Assembly: GCA_900317285.1 (NCBI GenBank) | Contig: ONGA01000011.1 | Location: 4,107 to 68,106 of the forward strand | DNA length: 64,000 nt | DNA from: an uncultured Bacteroidales bacterium | GTDB lineage: Bacteria > Bacteroidota > Bacteroidia > Bacteroidales > P3 | Reading direction: 5' to 3' | Shown: positions 35,740 to 46,000 of the stretch, in pieces | How positions within the stretch are numbered: position 1 is the first letter of the stretch | Layout of the letters: the number at the start of each line of letters is the position of its first letter | The notes under the pieces: model-generated | The model's database searches: none | Seen by the model: the letters and a program-made list of their open reading frames with translations, nothing else | Told to the model about the DNA's origin: nothing | Made by a program: the position numbers and the translations under genes

Positions 35740-38036
35740 ACAGGTTTAAGAATATTGCCACCGTTGCGGCGCTGTTGCTGTCGCTCTCTCTTCCGCTGGC
35801 GGTTGAAGCACAGCGCGGTTTCCGGGATAACCTCCCCCGATTCAGCGCCAAAGGCCTCAGCTTCAGCGACCCTGAAGTCAACTGGGTCGACTCGGTGCTT
35901 AACACCCTCTCGTTAGAGCAGCGTATAGCCCAGCTGATGATTGTACGTGTCCCGTTGAACATGGACGACCGTCAGATGCTTGACTTCTCGCGCCAGATGA
36001 ACAGTTACCGTGTCGGTGGTGTATGCTTTTTCGCCGGTACAGCCGACCGTCAGGCCGAAATCACCCGCCGTCTCCGTCAGGATGCCGCGGTTCCCCTGCT
36101 TGTCAGCATTGACGGTGAGTGGGGACTCGGCATGCGTCTCAAGGACATGTATTCCTTCCCCCGTAACGCCCGCTTCGGGCTTGTGGAGCCCAATCTTGAC
36201 AGCCTGGTCTACGAGATGGGTGTCGAAGTGGGGCGCCAGTGCCGCATGATGGGTATCCATTTCAACTATGCCCCCGTGACCGACGTCAATTCCAATCCCA
36301 AGAATCCTGTCATCGGTACCCGTGCCTACAGCAACGACCCCGAGCGTGTCGCCCGTTTGGGAAGTCTCTTCGCCAAAGGACAGCAGAGCCAGGGGGTTAT
36401 GGCTTTCGCCAAACACTTCCCGGGTCACGGTGACACCAAGGTCGACAGCCACTTGGAACTCCCCGTGATAAACCATTCTCGCGAACATCTTGATTCTGTT
36501 GAACTTCTTCCTTTCCGCCGTCTTGTCGAGGATGGCGTCGGTGGCGTCATGGTGGGACACCTGCAGGTCAATGCCTACGACCGTGAGCGCCCCTCCTCCC
36601 TCAGCCCCGTCATCATCAACGGTTTGCTTCGTAATACACTTGGCTTCAAGGGAATCGTTATTACCGACGGTATCGACATGAAAGGCATTACCAACACCTA
36701 CAAGGACGGTACTGCCGAACTTGCGGCACTCCGTGCAGGCAACGACTTTATCCTCCTTCCACCCGATGTCAAACAGGCCATCGACGTTATCGCCTCTGCT
36801 GCCAAACAGGATGAGGAGCTCCGCCACCTCATCAACTACCATTGCCGCCGTGTTCTCCACACCAAATACCATTATGTGCTGCCCACCCTCGGCGACGAAA
36901 TCACCGTTCCCGGTTCCGACAACCGACGTGTTTGTCAGGATATTGTTGCCGACCTCAACATCAATCTCGACCGCACCATCGACTCCATTGTGGACGACGC
37001 CATCTCCAAGCACGCCATCCCTGGCTGCCAGATTGTCGTCATGCACCGCGGAAAACCCATCCTCGACCGTTGCTATGGTCACCTCACTTACGACTCTGCC
37101 GCTGCAAATGTCACTCCCACAACGCTCTATGATTTGGCATCCCTCACCAAGGTCAATGCCACCACCCTCGCCGTCATGAAACTTGCCGATAACGGAAAAG
37201 TGAAAATCGACGACAAGCTCAGCCGTTATCTTCCCTACCTGAAAAATACCGACAAAGCCGACATCACTATCAAGCAGGCTATGAGCCATTGTGCTCGTCT
37301 CAAAGCCTTCGACGCCTATTGGAAGCGCGGTCACGACTACGACAGCATCCTCCGCCTCGTTGCCGCCAGCCCCCTCAACGACAAACCCGGTATGCTCTAC
37401 AGCGACCTCGGCTTCATGCTTCTTAGCGACCTCGTCAAGCGTGTCAGCGGCAAACCCCTCGATGTCTTCGTCCGCGAACAGTTCTATCAGCCCATGGGTC
37501 TCACAAACACCACCTTCCGTCCTATGAACCATGGTGTTGCGTCCAAATTCATCGCCCCCACCGAAGTCGACAGCCTCCGCGGTCTCATCTGCGGCGAGGT
37601 CCACGACCCCAACGCCTATGCCATGGGGGGGGTCAGCGGCCATGCAGGTCTCTTCTCTACGGCCGAAGAGGTGGCGCTTATCATGCAGATGCTCCTCAAT
37701 GGCGGCAGCTACAACGGCAAGCAGTACCTCTCGCCCGAAACCATTGAGCTCTTCACCCGTCGCCATTTTGCCTCCGACAGCAACCGACGTGCCCTCGGAT
37801 TCGACAAGCAACTCTTCAACCCCTCCAAAAACGGACAGGTGGCCCCCGAAGCCTCACAGAACTCCTTCGGCCACACCGGCTTTACTGGAACCATGTGCTG
37901 GGTCGACCCCGACTACGACCTCGTCTACGTCTTCCTCTCCAACCGTGTGCACCCCTCCTCCTCATCCAACCTCCTCTCCCAGATGAACGTCCGCACACAG
38001 ATCCAAAGCGTCCTCTACAAATACCTTAATAAATAA
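35736..38036 (+). CDS. fusion of a GH3 beta-N-acetylhexosaminidase (NagZ-like) and a class C beta-lactamase-like serine hydrolase
   Basis: 766 aa. KHFPGHGDT (GH3). SxxK in LASLTKV with a downstream serine-hydrolase fold. ATGA overlap with coaE. Confidence 0.85.
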   Translation: MNRFKNIATVAALLLSLSLPLAVEAQRGFRDNLPRFSAKGLSFSDPEVNWVDSVLNTLSLEQRIAQLMIVRVPLNMDDRQMLDFSRQMNSYRVGGVCFFAGTADRQAEITRRLRQDAAVPLLVSIDGEWGLGMRLKDMYSFPRNARFGLVEPNLDSLVYEMGVEVGRQCRMMGIHFNYAPVTDVNSNPKNPVIGTRAYSNDPERVARLGSLFAKGQQSQGVMAFAKHFPGHGDTKVDSHLELPVINHSREHLDSVELLPFRRLVEDGVGGVMVGHLQVNAYDRERPSSLSPVIINGLLRNTLGFKGIVITDGIDMKGITNTYKDGTAELAALRAGNDFILLPPDVKQAIDVIASAAKQDEELRHLINYHCRRVLHTKYHYVLPTLGDEITVPGSDNRRVCQDIVADLNINLDRTIDSIVDDAISKHAIPGCQIVVMHRGKPILDRCYGHLTYDSAAANVTPTTLYDLASLTKVNATTLAVMKLADNGKVKIDDKLSRYLPYLKNTDKADITIKQAMSHCARLKAFDAYWKRGHDYDSILRLVAASPLNDKPGMLYSDLGFMLLSDLVKRVSGKPLDVFVREQFYQPMGLTNTTFRPMNHGVASKFIAPTEVDSLRGLICGEVHDPNAYAMGGVSGHAGLFSTAEEVALIMQMLLNGGSYNGKQYLSPETIELFTRRHFASDSNRRALGFDKQLFNPSKNGQVAPEASQNSFGHTGFTGTMCWVDPDYDLVYVFLSNRVHPSSSSNLLSQMNVRTQIQSVLYKYLNK

Positions 38037-38039
38037 TAC

Positions 38040-38121
38040 CCGTAAACCATAAACCTTAAACTTTAAACCGTAAACCTTAAACCATAAACCTTAAACCTTA
38101 AACCATAAACCTTAAACCTTA
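38040..38121. repeat. array of ~10 degenerate 8-bp units AAACCNTA
   Basis: gtaaaccataaaccttaaactttaaaccgtaaaccttaaaccataaaccttaaaccttaaaccataaaccttaaacctta. Confidence 0.9.
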
Positions 38122-38135
38122 CCCCCAAAACTCCC

Positions 38136-38915
38136 ATGTCCTCCTTCTCCAAATGGCTCTTTGCGGGACTCGGCTGGGCCGTCGGCGGCCCCATCGGCGC
38201 CCTCCTCGGATACTATCTCGGCAAGTCCTTCGGCTCCTCTGGCAATTCAACGTTCGGTCCCTCTGGCAGCCACCATGGTCCCTACCGCAACACCGGCACC
38301 ACTGCCGACATCAATGCGGCGCTCATGGTCCTCATCGCTGCCGTCATGAAAGCCGACGGCGCCGTCAAGAAAAGCGAACTCGACTATGTGAAGCGCTTCC
38401 TCCTGCAGAACTACGGTGAGGAACGCGGCAAGCAGATGCTCAAAGTCCTGCAGCAGATGGTCCAGCAGGACATCCCTGTCGACCAGGTGTGCTTCCAAAT
38501 CAAGGTCAACACCGACTACAACACCCGCTACCACATGGTCGACTTCCTCTTCGGCATCAGCGGTGCCGACGGCGAATACCACCCCTCCGAGTTGCACACC
38601 CTTCGAGTCATTGCGCAGTATCTCGGCATCTCCCTAAGCGACTACACCTCCATCCATGAGCGCCATGTGGGGCATTCGGGCAATAGCGCCTTCTCGCAAT
38701 CACGCAATCAGAAAGACCCCTACAAGGTTCTCGGTATCGACAGCAATGCCTCCGACGAAGAGGTGAAGAAAGCCTACCGCAAGATGGCGATGAAATACCA
38801 TCCCGACCGCGTCGCCGACATGAGCGAGGAAATCCAGCGCAACGCCGCCGCGCAGATGAAAGAAATCAACCAGGCTTACGAGCAAATCAAAATCCTTCGC
38901 CCCAACCTGAAATAA
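38136..38915 (+). CDS. djlA: DjlA-like co-chaperone (TM + TerB-like domain + C-terminal J domain)
   Basis: 259 aa. J domain DPYKVLGIDSNASDEEVKKAYRKMAMKYHPDR. Confidence 0.8.
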   Translation: MSSFSKWLFAGLGWAVGGPIGALLGYYLGKSFGSSGNSTFGPSGSHHGPYRNTGTTADINAALMVLIAAVMKADGAVKKSELDYVKRFLLQNYGEERGKQMLKVLQQMVQQDIPVDQVCFQIKVNTDYNTRYHMVDFLFGISGADGEYHPSELHTLRVIAQYLGISLSDYTSIHERHVGHSGNSAFSQSRNQKDPYKVLGIDSNASDEEVKKAYRKMAMKYHPDRVADMSEEIQRNAAAQMKEINQAYEQIKILRPNLK

Positions 38916-38925
38916 GCTTTATCCC

Positions 38926-39792
38926 TTAAGCCAATCTTTCCACTACCGTCCCTACCAGCTCTCTCATCTCCTTGTGGTAGTCGTTCAGAAATGTCCCCTT
39001 GGGGCGGTTGGCGATGATCAGGCAGACTGTCAGTGCCTCATGGCCCAGCATCCGGGAGAAACCGTAGATTGCCGACGTCTCCATCTCTAGATTAGTCACT
39101 TTCCATTTTTCCTCTTTCTCTTTCCACTCGAATGAGGCCAGCTTCTCGTTCAGCCCCTCAATCGACGGGTGCAGCCTTACCGCGCGACCCTGCGGACCGT
39201 AAAAGCCTGGCGCAGTGGCAGTGATGCCGTGGTGCATGTCGTAGGCAACTTTCTTGAACAGCAGCTCGCTGCAACCCACACAGTAGGGGCGCGCCAGCCT
39301 CTCGTCCAGCCCCATATGCTGCAGAAAAGCAGCCTCCATATCACTCTCGCCGGGTTGCCATTCCTTATAGTAATTCATCAAACCGTCCAGTCCGATGGCG
39401 TAGCGTGAAGCCACATGGCTACCGCAGTCCACCTCCTCTTGCAGCGACCCGCTCGTGCCGATGCGCACCACCTGCAGGTGCCTGTTGCTGTCCTCATTCC
39501 ATTTTCCACCTTCCACCCGCAGTGCCGCATCCAGCTCCGTCATCACGATGTCGATGTTGTCACATCCCATTCCGGTGCTCAGCGCCGTCATCCGCTTTCC
39601 GTGGTAACTCCCCGTCAGCGCATGCAGCTCGCGGTTCTCCGATTCGAACTCAATGGTCTCGAAAATATCCTTGAACATATTCACCCTCCCGGGGTCACCC
39701 ACCAGCAGCACTTTCTCTGCCAATGTGTCGCCCGTCAGGTGTATGTGGTACAGACTCCCGTCGGGAGCCAACGGCAATTCGCTTGCTTTCAT
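38926..39792 (-). CDS. nucleoside phosphorylase (PNP/UDP family, uridine-phosphorylase-like)
   Basis: 288 aa. LLVGDPGR and STGMGCDNIDI motifs. Confidence 0.75.
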   Translation of the reverse strand: MKASELPLAPDGSLYHIHLTGDTLAEKVLLVGDPGRVNMFKDIFETIEFESENRELHALTGSYHGKRMTALSTGMGCDNIDIVMTELDAALRVEGGKWNEDSNRHLQVVRIGTSGSLQEEVDCGSHVASRYAIGLDGLMNYYKEWQPGESDMEAAFLQHMGLDERLARPYCVGCSELLFKKVAYDMHHGITATAPGFYGPQGRAVRLHPSIEGLNEKLASFEWKEKEEKWKVTNLEMETSAIYGFSRMLGHEALTVCLIIANRPKGTFLNDYHKEMRELVGTVVERLA

Positions 39793-40880
39793 CTTGCAAT
39801 CTTTCTTGTTTCCACTTTCCGCTCAACATTTTCCACCTTCTTGCTTTCCACTTTCTGGCTCTCCACTTTCTTCACGTCGCGTTTGACCTCGCGTTTCACT
39901 TCGCGGGTGGGAGAGGCCGTGCTGCGGGAATTTGACGAGGAGCTCGCCGAGGGAGAGGCGGTGTTGCGGGAGGGAGTGGCTGTGCCGCGTGTAGTCGAGG
40001 AGGACGAGCTGGAAGAAGTCGAGCTGGAGCCCGTCGACGAGCTGCTTGTTGAAGGCGTAGCCACACCGCGGCTTGTCGCACTGGGCTTCGAGGAATTGCG
40101 GCTCGGAGTGGTCGATGGGGCGGCTCCATTGCTGCCCGTTGTCCCCTGCGGGGTGGCGACGCTGCGCGTCGTCGTGCTTGCGGGCTTCGCCGTGTTGCCG
40201 GCTGGAGTGGCCGTGTTGCGCGTATTCGTCGTCGTTGCCGGACGGGCCGTCGAAGTGCCCTGCGGAGCCCCCGAAGGAACCGTGCGGGCGGGAGTGGCCG
40301 TCGACACCTGCGGGCGGTCGACGCCGGGAGTCCATCTCGTTGTCGGCATCGGTGCGGGATCCGTGCGGCGACGCATGTAATAGGGTGGGAGAGAGTGGCC
40401 CCTGTAGGTCGTCGGCATCCACCCGTGGCGGTGCACATCCCAGTGATAGCTGCGGCTATAGGAACGCGAGTGGCTCACCCGGTTGAAAGTCCAGTAGGCA
40501 GGCACATGCCAGGTGAAACTTGGTCTGCACACCTCGGTCCGGAACCTCAGCACCTCGGCCGCGTTCCTCATCCGCACACCGTCGAACACCCACACGCACT
40601 GCAGATCCAGCGGCATATACACCTCGTCGCCGGTATATGCGTCCCAGCCGTACACCCACACCTCGTAGTAGGCCGAATTCACCCTTTCCTTCCACACCTC
40701 GCTCACCAGCACATAGGTCTCCACCTCATAGTCATATCCGCACCAGACCATCAGCTCGTTCTGCCCGTTGAGCATCCGGACTGTTCTGTCGGCCTGTGCC
40801 AAAGTGAAATAATGAATCGGGCGCGCCCATGCGGCAAACCCTAACATTGTCATAACCACGATAATTGCAAAGCGTTTCAT
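39789..40880 (-). CDS. secreted hypothetical protein: folded N-terminal domain, ~170-aa S/T/P/R-rich tract, charged KVE-repeat tail
   Basis: Start MKRFAIIVVMTMLGFAAWA (alternative ATG at 40898). Tail REVKREVKRDVKKVESQKVESKKVENVERKVETRK is encoded by TCCACTTTC/CGCGTTTCAC stutter at 39805-39905. 4-nt overlap with the downstream gene. Confidence 0.55.
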   Translation of the reverse strand: MKRFAIIVVMTMLGFAAWARPIHYFTLAQADRTVRMLNGQNELMVWCGYDYEVETYVLVSEVWKERVNSAYYEVWVYGWDAYTGDEVYMPLDLQCVWVFDGVRMRNAAEVLRFRTEVCRPSFTWHVPAYWTFNRVSHSRSYSRSYHWDVHRHGWMPTTYRGHSLPPYYMRRRTDPAPMPTTRWTPGVDRPQVSTATPARTVPSGAPQGTSTARPATTTNTRNTATPAGNTAKPASTTTRSVATPQGTTGSNGAAPSTTPSRNSSKPSATSRGVATPSTSSSSTGSSSTSSSSSSSTTRGTATPSRNTASPSASSSSNSRSTASPTREVKREVKRDVKKVESQKVESKKVENVERKVETRKIAR

Positions 40881-40907
40881 ATAAACTCCTTTTTCCATTT
40901 AGTGCTG

Positions 40908-40915
40908 CAAAGATA
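40908..40915 (-). promoter_or_regulatory. -7 promoter box (TATCTTTG)
   Basis: gctgcaaagatacgaaaa. Confidence 0.45.
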
Positions 40916-40952
40916 CGAAAACTTTCACACATGCAAAAGAAAAAAAACAGAT

Positions 40953-41138
40953 AAGGTTTAAAGTTTACGGTTTACGGTTTAAGGGGCTACGCAGCCAATG
41001 AGCCTCCCCAGAGACAGACAAATCAATAATCCATAAACATTAATTCTTAACCCCTAACCCTTAAACTTTAAACCTTAAACCATAAACCTTAAACCATAAA
41101 CTTTAAACCTTAAACCATAAACCTTAAACCAAAAACCT
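40953..41138. mobile_element. composite palindromic element, copy 1: GGTTTAAGG-type arm, 42-bp core, long CCTTAAACC-type arm
   Basis: Left arm 40953-40984. Core ggggctacgcagccaatgagcctccccagagacagacaaatc. Right arm reaches ~41138. Confidence 0.65.
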
Positions 41139-41140
41139 TG

Positions 41141-41230
41141 ACATAGGAGCATCATATACGCATCATATACGCATCATAGGAGAACCCAAGGAGAAGTATA
41201 GGAGAATGGTAGTACAACCATAGGAGGCAC
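41141..41230. repeat. CATAGGAG / CATCATATACG word-stutter block
   Basis: acataggagcatcatatacgcatcatatacgcatcataggagaacccaaggagaagtataggagaatggtag...ccataggagg. Confidence 0.7.
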
Positions 41231-41280
41231 TTTTTCCGGAATTCATCCCACATTCTCCTATCCCTCGTCCCAATCTCGGA

Positions 41281-41410
41281 TAAGGTTTAAGGTTTAAAGT
41301 TTAAGGTTTATGGGGGCTGCGCAGCCAACAGACCTCCCCGGTGACAGACAAATCCGTAAACCTTAAACCCTCAACCTTAAACCATAAACCTTAAACCTTA
41401 AACCATAAAC
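41281..41410. mobile_element. composite palindromic element, copy 2 (same orientation)
   Basis: Arm taaggtttaaggtttaaagtttaaggtttatgg. Core gggggctgcgcagccaacagacctccccggtgacagacaaatc contains the palindrome GGCTGCGCAGCC. Right arm is AAACC repeats. Confidence 0.65.
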
Positions 41411-41520
41411 TACTACCTTTCACTCCATTTAACTACCCAACCGCAAAAAATTAACCACCTGAAAACCATCACTCTACAATCAAAAACAAAAAAAAACTTG
41501 CACATGTCGGCAAAACTTCC

Positions 41521-41528
41521 TAACTTTG
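41521..41528 (+). promoter_or_regulatory. -7 promoter box (TAACTTTG)
   Basis: 26 nt upstream of ATG 41554. Confidence 0.4.
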
Positions 41529-41553
41529 CCCCCTGGAAAAAAGCGTTTTTAAC

Positions 41554-43032
41554 ATGAAAAACATAAAGCAAATCTTCACCGCCCTCCTCGCCCTCGCCAT
41601 CCTCATGCTCGGCTCCTCCGAGGCCCAGGCGCAGAATAAGAAATCCACCGGCAAGAAAACCACCACCACAACCAAAACCACCAAGAAGAAAAGCAAAGCC
41701 GCCGAACCCGCGGCACCCTCGCTCGTCGAGCTCCCCTACAACTCCAACGACTGCCTCTTCGCCATCCCGCTCACCCTCGACAAGCCCTACGGCCCCACCA
41801 CCGCCCCCGACGGTGCCGGCCGCATACAGGAAATCGTCGCCGACAAGGCTCACCCCAACCTCTTCGAGCGCGAACACAACTCCGTCTGGTACAAAGTCAC
41901 CATCCCCTACAACGGACAGCTCGAAATCCGCATCGCACAGAACTCGCAGTGGGACGACTACGACTTCCTCGTCTACCGCAACACCGGAGCCTACTTCTCC
42001 AACCAGGTGATGCTCAACAAAGTCAACCCCGTGGCCGTCAACCTCGCCAACATCGACTCCGCCGCCATGTTCAAGGCCGTCATGGGCAAGAACAAGCAGG
42101 AGAAAGCCTCACGCAACCAGGAGCGTCCCCACAGCAACACCCAGCAGAAGGGCAACAAACAGGCCTCCTCCGACCTCCCCGAGCTCCCCAACATCGCCCC
42201 CTCCGCCGACGCCAAACCCACCATCGGCATGCTCATCGACGCCACCGACCGCATGCTCACCAAGAAACAGACCGGCAACTTCATCCAGTCCATCCCCGTG
42301 CGTGCCGGTGAAGAATACTACATCGTCCTCGACAACAACACCCCCAACGGACAGGGACACACCATCACCGCCACCGTCCATGTCGACGCCTACGAGCCGC
42401 TGCTCCTCTTCTATGACAAGCGTGCGCGCAAGTATGTCGACGTCAACCTGATGATCCTCGAACGCGGCGGCAAGGGTGCCGAGCGCCCCATCGTGCAGGA
42501 CGAGCACTACCGCGGCGGCCGCATCAAGTTCATCCCCGACTTCGGCTACCTCCTCTACGCCAAGAAGGACGGCTACTTCTCCATCTACAAGGAGTTCAAC
42601 TCGCGCGAGCTCATGGAGAAGGGCGACACCGTGATGCTCTACAACATGGAGCGCACCGAGCGCGGCTCCTCCTTCCCCGTCTCCGGCCTCTACTTCGAGT
42701 CCGGCGAGGCGACCATGATCGGCAACTACGACTCCGTGCTCACCGAATACCTCGCCATGTTCCGCAACCACCCCGAAGTCACCTTCCTCGTCAAAGGCTA
42801 CGTCCAGTCCTACGGCGTCGACGCTGAGGCCGACATGCTCCTCTCCCTCGAGCGCGCCAAAGCCATCAAGCAGTGGTTCACCAAGAACGGCATCGACCCC
42901 AAGCGCATAGCCACCGCGGGTATGACCAAGAACGAAATCAAACGTGCCGCCGCAGCGGCACTCAACGACAAGGGCGGCTTCTCCTCAATCCGCGCCGAAC
43001 TCATCATCACCGGCAAGACAGCAGAACAATAA
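41554..43032 (+). CDS. OmpA-family (peptidoglycan-associating C-terminal domain) secreted protein with a Lys/Thr-rich linker
   Basis: 492 aa. Signal peptide. KKSTGKKTTTTTKTTKKKSK tract. C-terminal OmpA-like LSLERAKAIKQWFTKNGIDPKRIATAGM. Confidence 0.7.
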   Translation: MKNIKQIFTALLALAILMLGSSEAQAQNKKSTGKKTTTTTKTTKKKSKAAEPAAPSLVELPYNSNDCLFAIPLTLDKPYGPTTAPDGAGRIQEIVADKAHPNLFEREHNSVWYKVTIPYNGQLEIRIAQNSQWDDYDFLVYRNTGAYFSNQVMLNKVNPVAVNLANIDSAAMFKAVMGKNKQEKASRNQERPHSNTQQKGNKQASSDLPELPNIAPSADAKPTIGMLIDATDRMLTKKQTGNFIQSIPVRAGEEYYIVLDNNTPNGQGHTITATVHVDAYEPLLLFYDKRARKYVDVNLMILERGGKGAERPIVQDEHYRGGRIKFIPDFGYLLYAKKDGYFSIYKEFNSRELMEKGDTVMLYNMERTERGSSFPVSGLYFESGEATMIGNYDSVLTEYLAMFRNHPEVTFLVKGYVQSYGVDAEADMLLSLERAKAIKQWFTKNGIDPKRIATAGMTKNEIKRAAAAALNDKGGFSSIRAELIITGKTAEQ

Positions 43033-43047
43033 ACATACAAAAAACTG

Positions 43048-46000
43048 ATGAAAACTAACAAAACCTTAAGGACGTGGCTCGCCGCGTCCTTTCTTCTTCT
43101 CGCCGTGCCCCACGGCATGGCCCAGACCAATTGGGAAAAAGTAGAAAAACTCCTGAATGACGGCTCCCCCAAGAGCGCCTACTCCCAAGCCGAAACCGTC
43201 TTCAAGAAAACCACCAGCAGCCCCGACCTGCTCACCGCCGCCTGGTACATGGCCCGTGCTTCCGCACAGTACCAGGAAGACTGTTTCGAAAGCTCAGAGG
43301 CACGCTTCCGTCAGATATTGCCACGCCTGGAAGCCCCCGAACGCGCAGTATGCTACGCCTTCCTCGGCGAGAGCGACAGTGCCTTGCTGGACGAGGAATT
43401 GCTCAAGAAGACCTCTTCCGACCGCATCAGCCGTTTCTGCTGGAAGGTGAATGACAAGGATCTCAAGGGTGTCAACCTCACACCCACGGCCTTCGACGTG
43501 GTAGCCCTCTCTATCCTGAGCGATGAACCAGGCAAGCGAGCCCTGATGCAGAAACTGATAGATTTCCACCAGGGAGACGACGATTTCATCCGCATCACCC
43601 TCGACCTCAAGCTGCTCGATATGCAGGGTTACAATCCCCGGTCGGTGCGGTATCAGGAGCGGGTGCAGGGTTATATCAACAAGTATCGAGGCAGCAGCTG
43701 TCCGTTGTTGGCGCAGCTCTACCACCGTATGGCGGAGCATCTGTCGAACAACGGACGCAAGGTGGAGGCCCTCAGCTATTGCGACACCGCCATTGCCCTC
43801 TTCCCCAAGAGCTTCGGCGGCGGCAACTGCGCCAACCTGCGCAGCACCATCTGCCGCGAATATATCGGATTCAACTACAGCAGCGAAGGCACCGCCTATC
43901 CCGACCGCCCGTCGCTCCACTCGCTGAGCTGCAACAACCTCTCCCGCATCCATTTCGCTGTCTATCCTTTTAAGGGTAAAGATGTCGACAAGTTCATCAA
44001 GCGGCTGCCCAAAGCTGTACATCGGTGGAGTCTCGAGGTGAATGACGACGGCAGCCACAATGCCCACGACCTTATCTTCTCCGTGCCCGCGCTCCCGATG
44101 GGACGCTATGTGCTGATGGCTTCCGCCGACGAAAAGTTCAACGATGGGGACGCCTATATGACCCTCGAATGCTGCGACTTCGCCATTTGTAATGTCGGCA
44201 ACGGCGAGTTCATGATGCTCGACGTCGTCAGCGGCGCTCCCATCAAAGGGCAGAAAGTCGTTTTGTTGTATTATTATGAAAAGAAAACCTTTGATACCGT
44301 CTCCACCCAAGCCGACGGCCGCTTCTCCATCCCCGCAAACAAGTATGTCGAAAGCCTGTGCATTGAGCGAGGAGGCGTCACCTTCGAACGGAACGTATGG
44401 ACTTATGGTCGGGAAACGTTGGAGGAGAGAAAGCAAAACGTCGACGCCCATGTCGTCTTCGACCGCCCCATCTACCGTCCGGGCGACACGGTCCACTATG
44501 CGGCCGTGCTCTACAAAACCGACCGTGTGGACGGCCGCGTTGCATCCAATCGTGGCGTCACGCTGAAGATCTACGACCCCTTCCGCAACGATGTAGAGCG
44601 CCTCTCGCTCTTTGCCGACGACCACGGGGTGGTGAGCGCCACCTTTGTCCTTTCCAAGGATGCTATGCCGGGCAACTGGTCGGCCGATCTCTCGTCGGGC
44701 GACTACTCCACCCATAGCTATTTCCGCGTGGAGGAATACAAGCAGCCGAAGTTCATGGTCTCACTCGAGCAGCCCAAAGTGGCGCCCGCTTTCGGCCAGA
44801 CCTACACCCTCCGTGGACTGGCAAAGGCCTATAGCGGTGCCAATATCTCCGATGCCAAGGTGAAATACACCGTCTCGCGCACCTGCAACATGTTCCGCAG
44901 GAACGGCACAAGTACCGATACCAGCTTCACCGACAGTACCGTTACCGCTGCCGACGGCTCGTTCGAGATACCCTTCACCCCCATGCCCGACACCTCCCTC
45001 TACGCCCTCTACAGGTCCGTCTACCGCTATACCGTGCGTGTCGACGTGACCGACCTCAACGGCGAGACCCACAACGCCTCCTATTCTGTCCATGTCGGCT
45101 ATGTCAACAAACAGATTTCCCTCGCCGACAACAAAGAGAGAACCAACGAACTGCCCGCAATCAGATACTCCTACAGCGACCTCAACGGCAACCCGCTCGA
45201 AGGCGATATAACCTTCAAGATAGAACTCCTGCGGTTGCCCGACCCTGTGAAGCTGACCCCGTCGGTCATCAGGAACAATCCCCAGGCCGAAATGACCCTC
45301 GGCCGCGACGAGTTCCTCCGCCTCTATCCCAACTATGCCTATTCCGCTCAGGAAAACAGACTCGACAACTGGCAGACGGACTGGAGCCATCACATGCAAC
45401 ACCATGCCGACGGGAGCAAGTCGACCTACTCCGTCGACCTCAAGGACATGAAGCTCCCTTCGGGCGAATACCGCATTGTGGCCACGGTCGGCGAAGTCGC
45501 CGACACGCTTTATGTCACCCTCGTGCATCCGCGTTCGCGCACGCTCCCCACCGCCGATCTCCTCTGGATGGATGCGCCCCAAGAGGCTGAGGTGTGCACT
45601 ACCTGCACTGTGCGCTATGCTTCAGCCTTCGACGGCACACAGGTCTTCTATGTGTTGATGGGACCCGACGGCCAGGAGATCGACTCCCGCTGGCTCACCG
45701 CCGACCGCCGCATCCGCAGCATTTCCATCCCCGTAGACTCCTCGTTGCTCGGCAGTTTCAAGGTGCAGTTTGTCACCATCCGCGACGGGGTGCCGTGGCT
45801 TGATTACCGCACTGTCACCGTGCCTTTTACCCACAAGAAACTCGTTGTCGACATTGCCACTTTCCGCGACAAACTCCAGCCCGGAGAGCAGGAGGAATGG
45901 ACCATCAAAGTGAAGGGCGGCGAACAGGGGACGGAAAGCACGCTCCTTATGACCATGTACGACGACGCCCTCAACTCCTATGGAGGCCAACCCCGCTGGC

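Noticed and set aside
38040-41410. Short-unit repeat arrays considered as CRISPR
   Set aside because: Units are 7-9 bp and contiguous. There are no 25-40 bp repeats, no unique spacers and no cas genes anywhere in the window.
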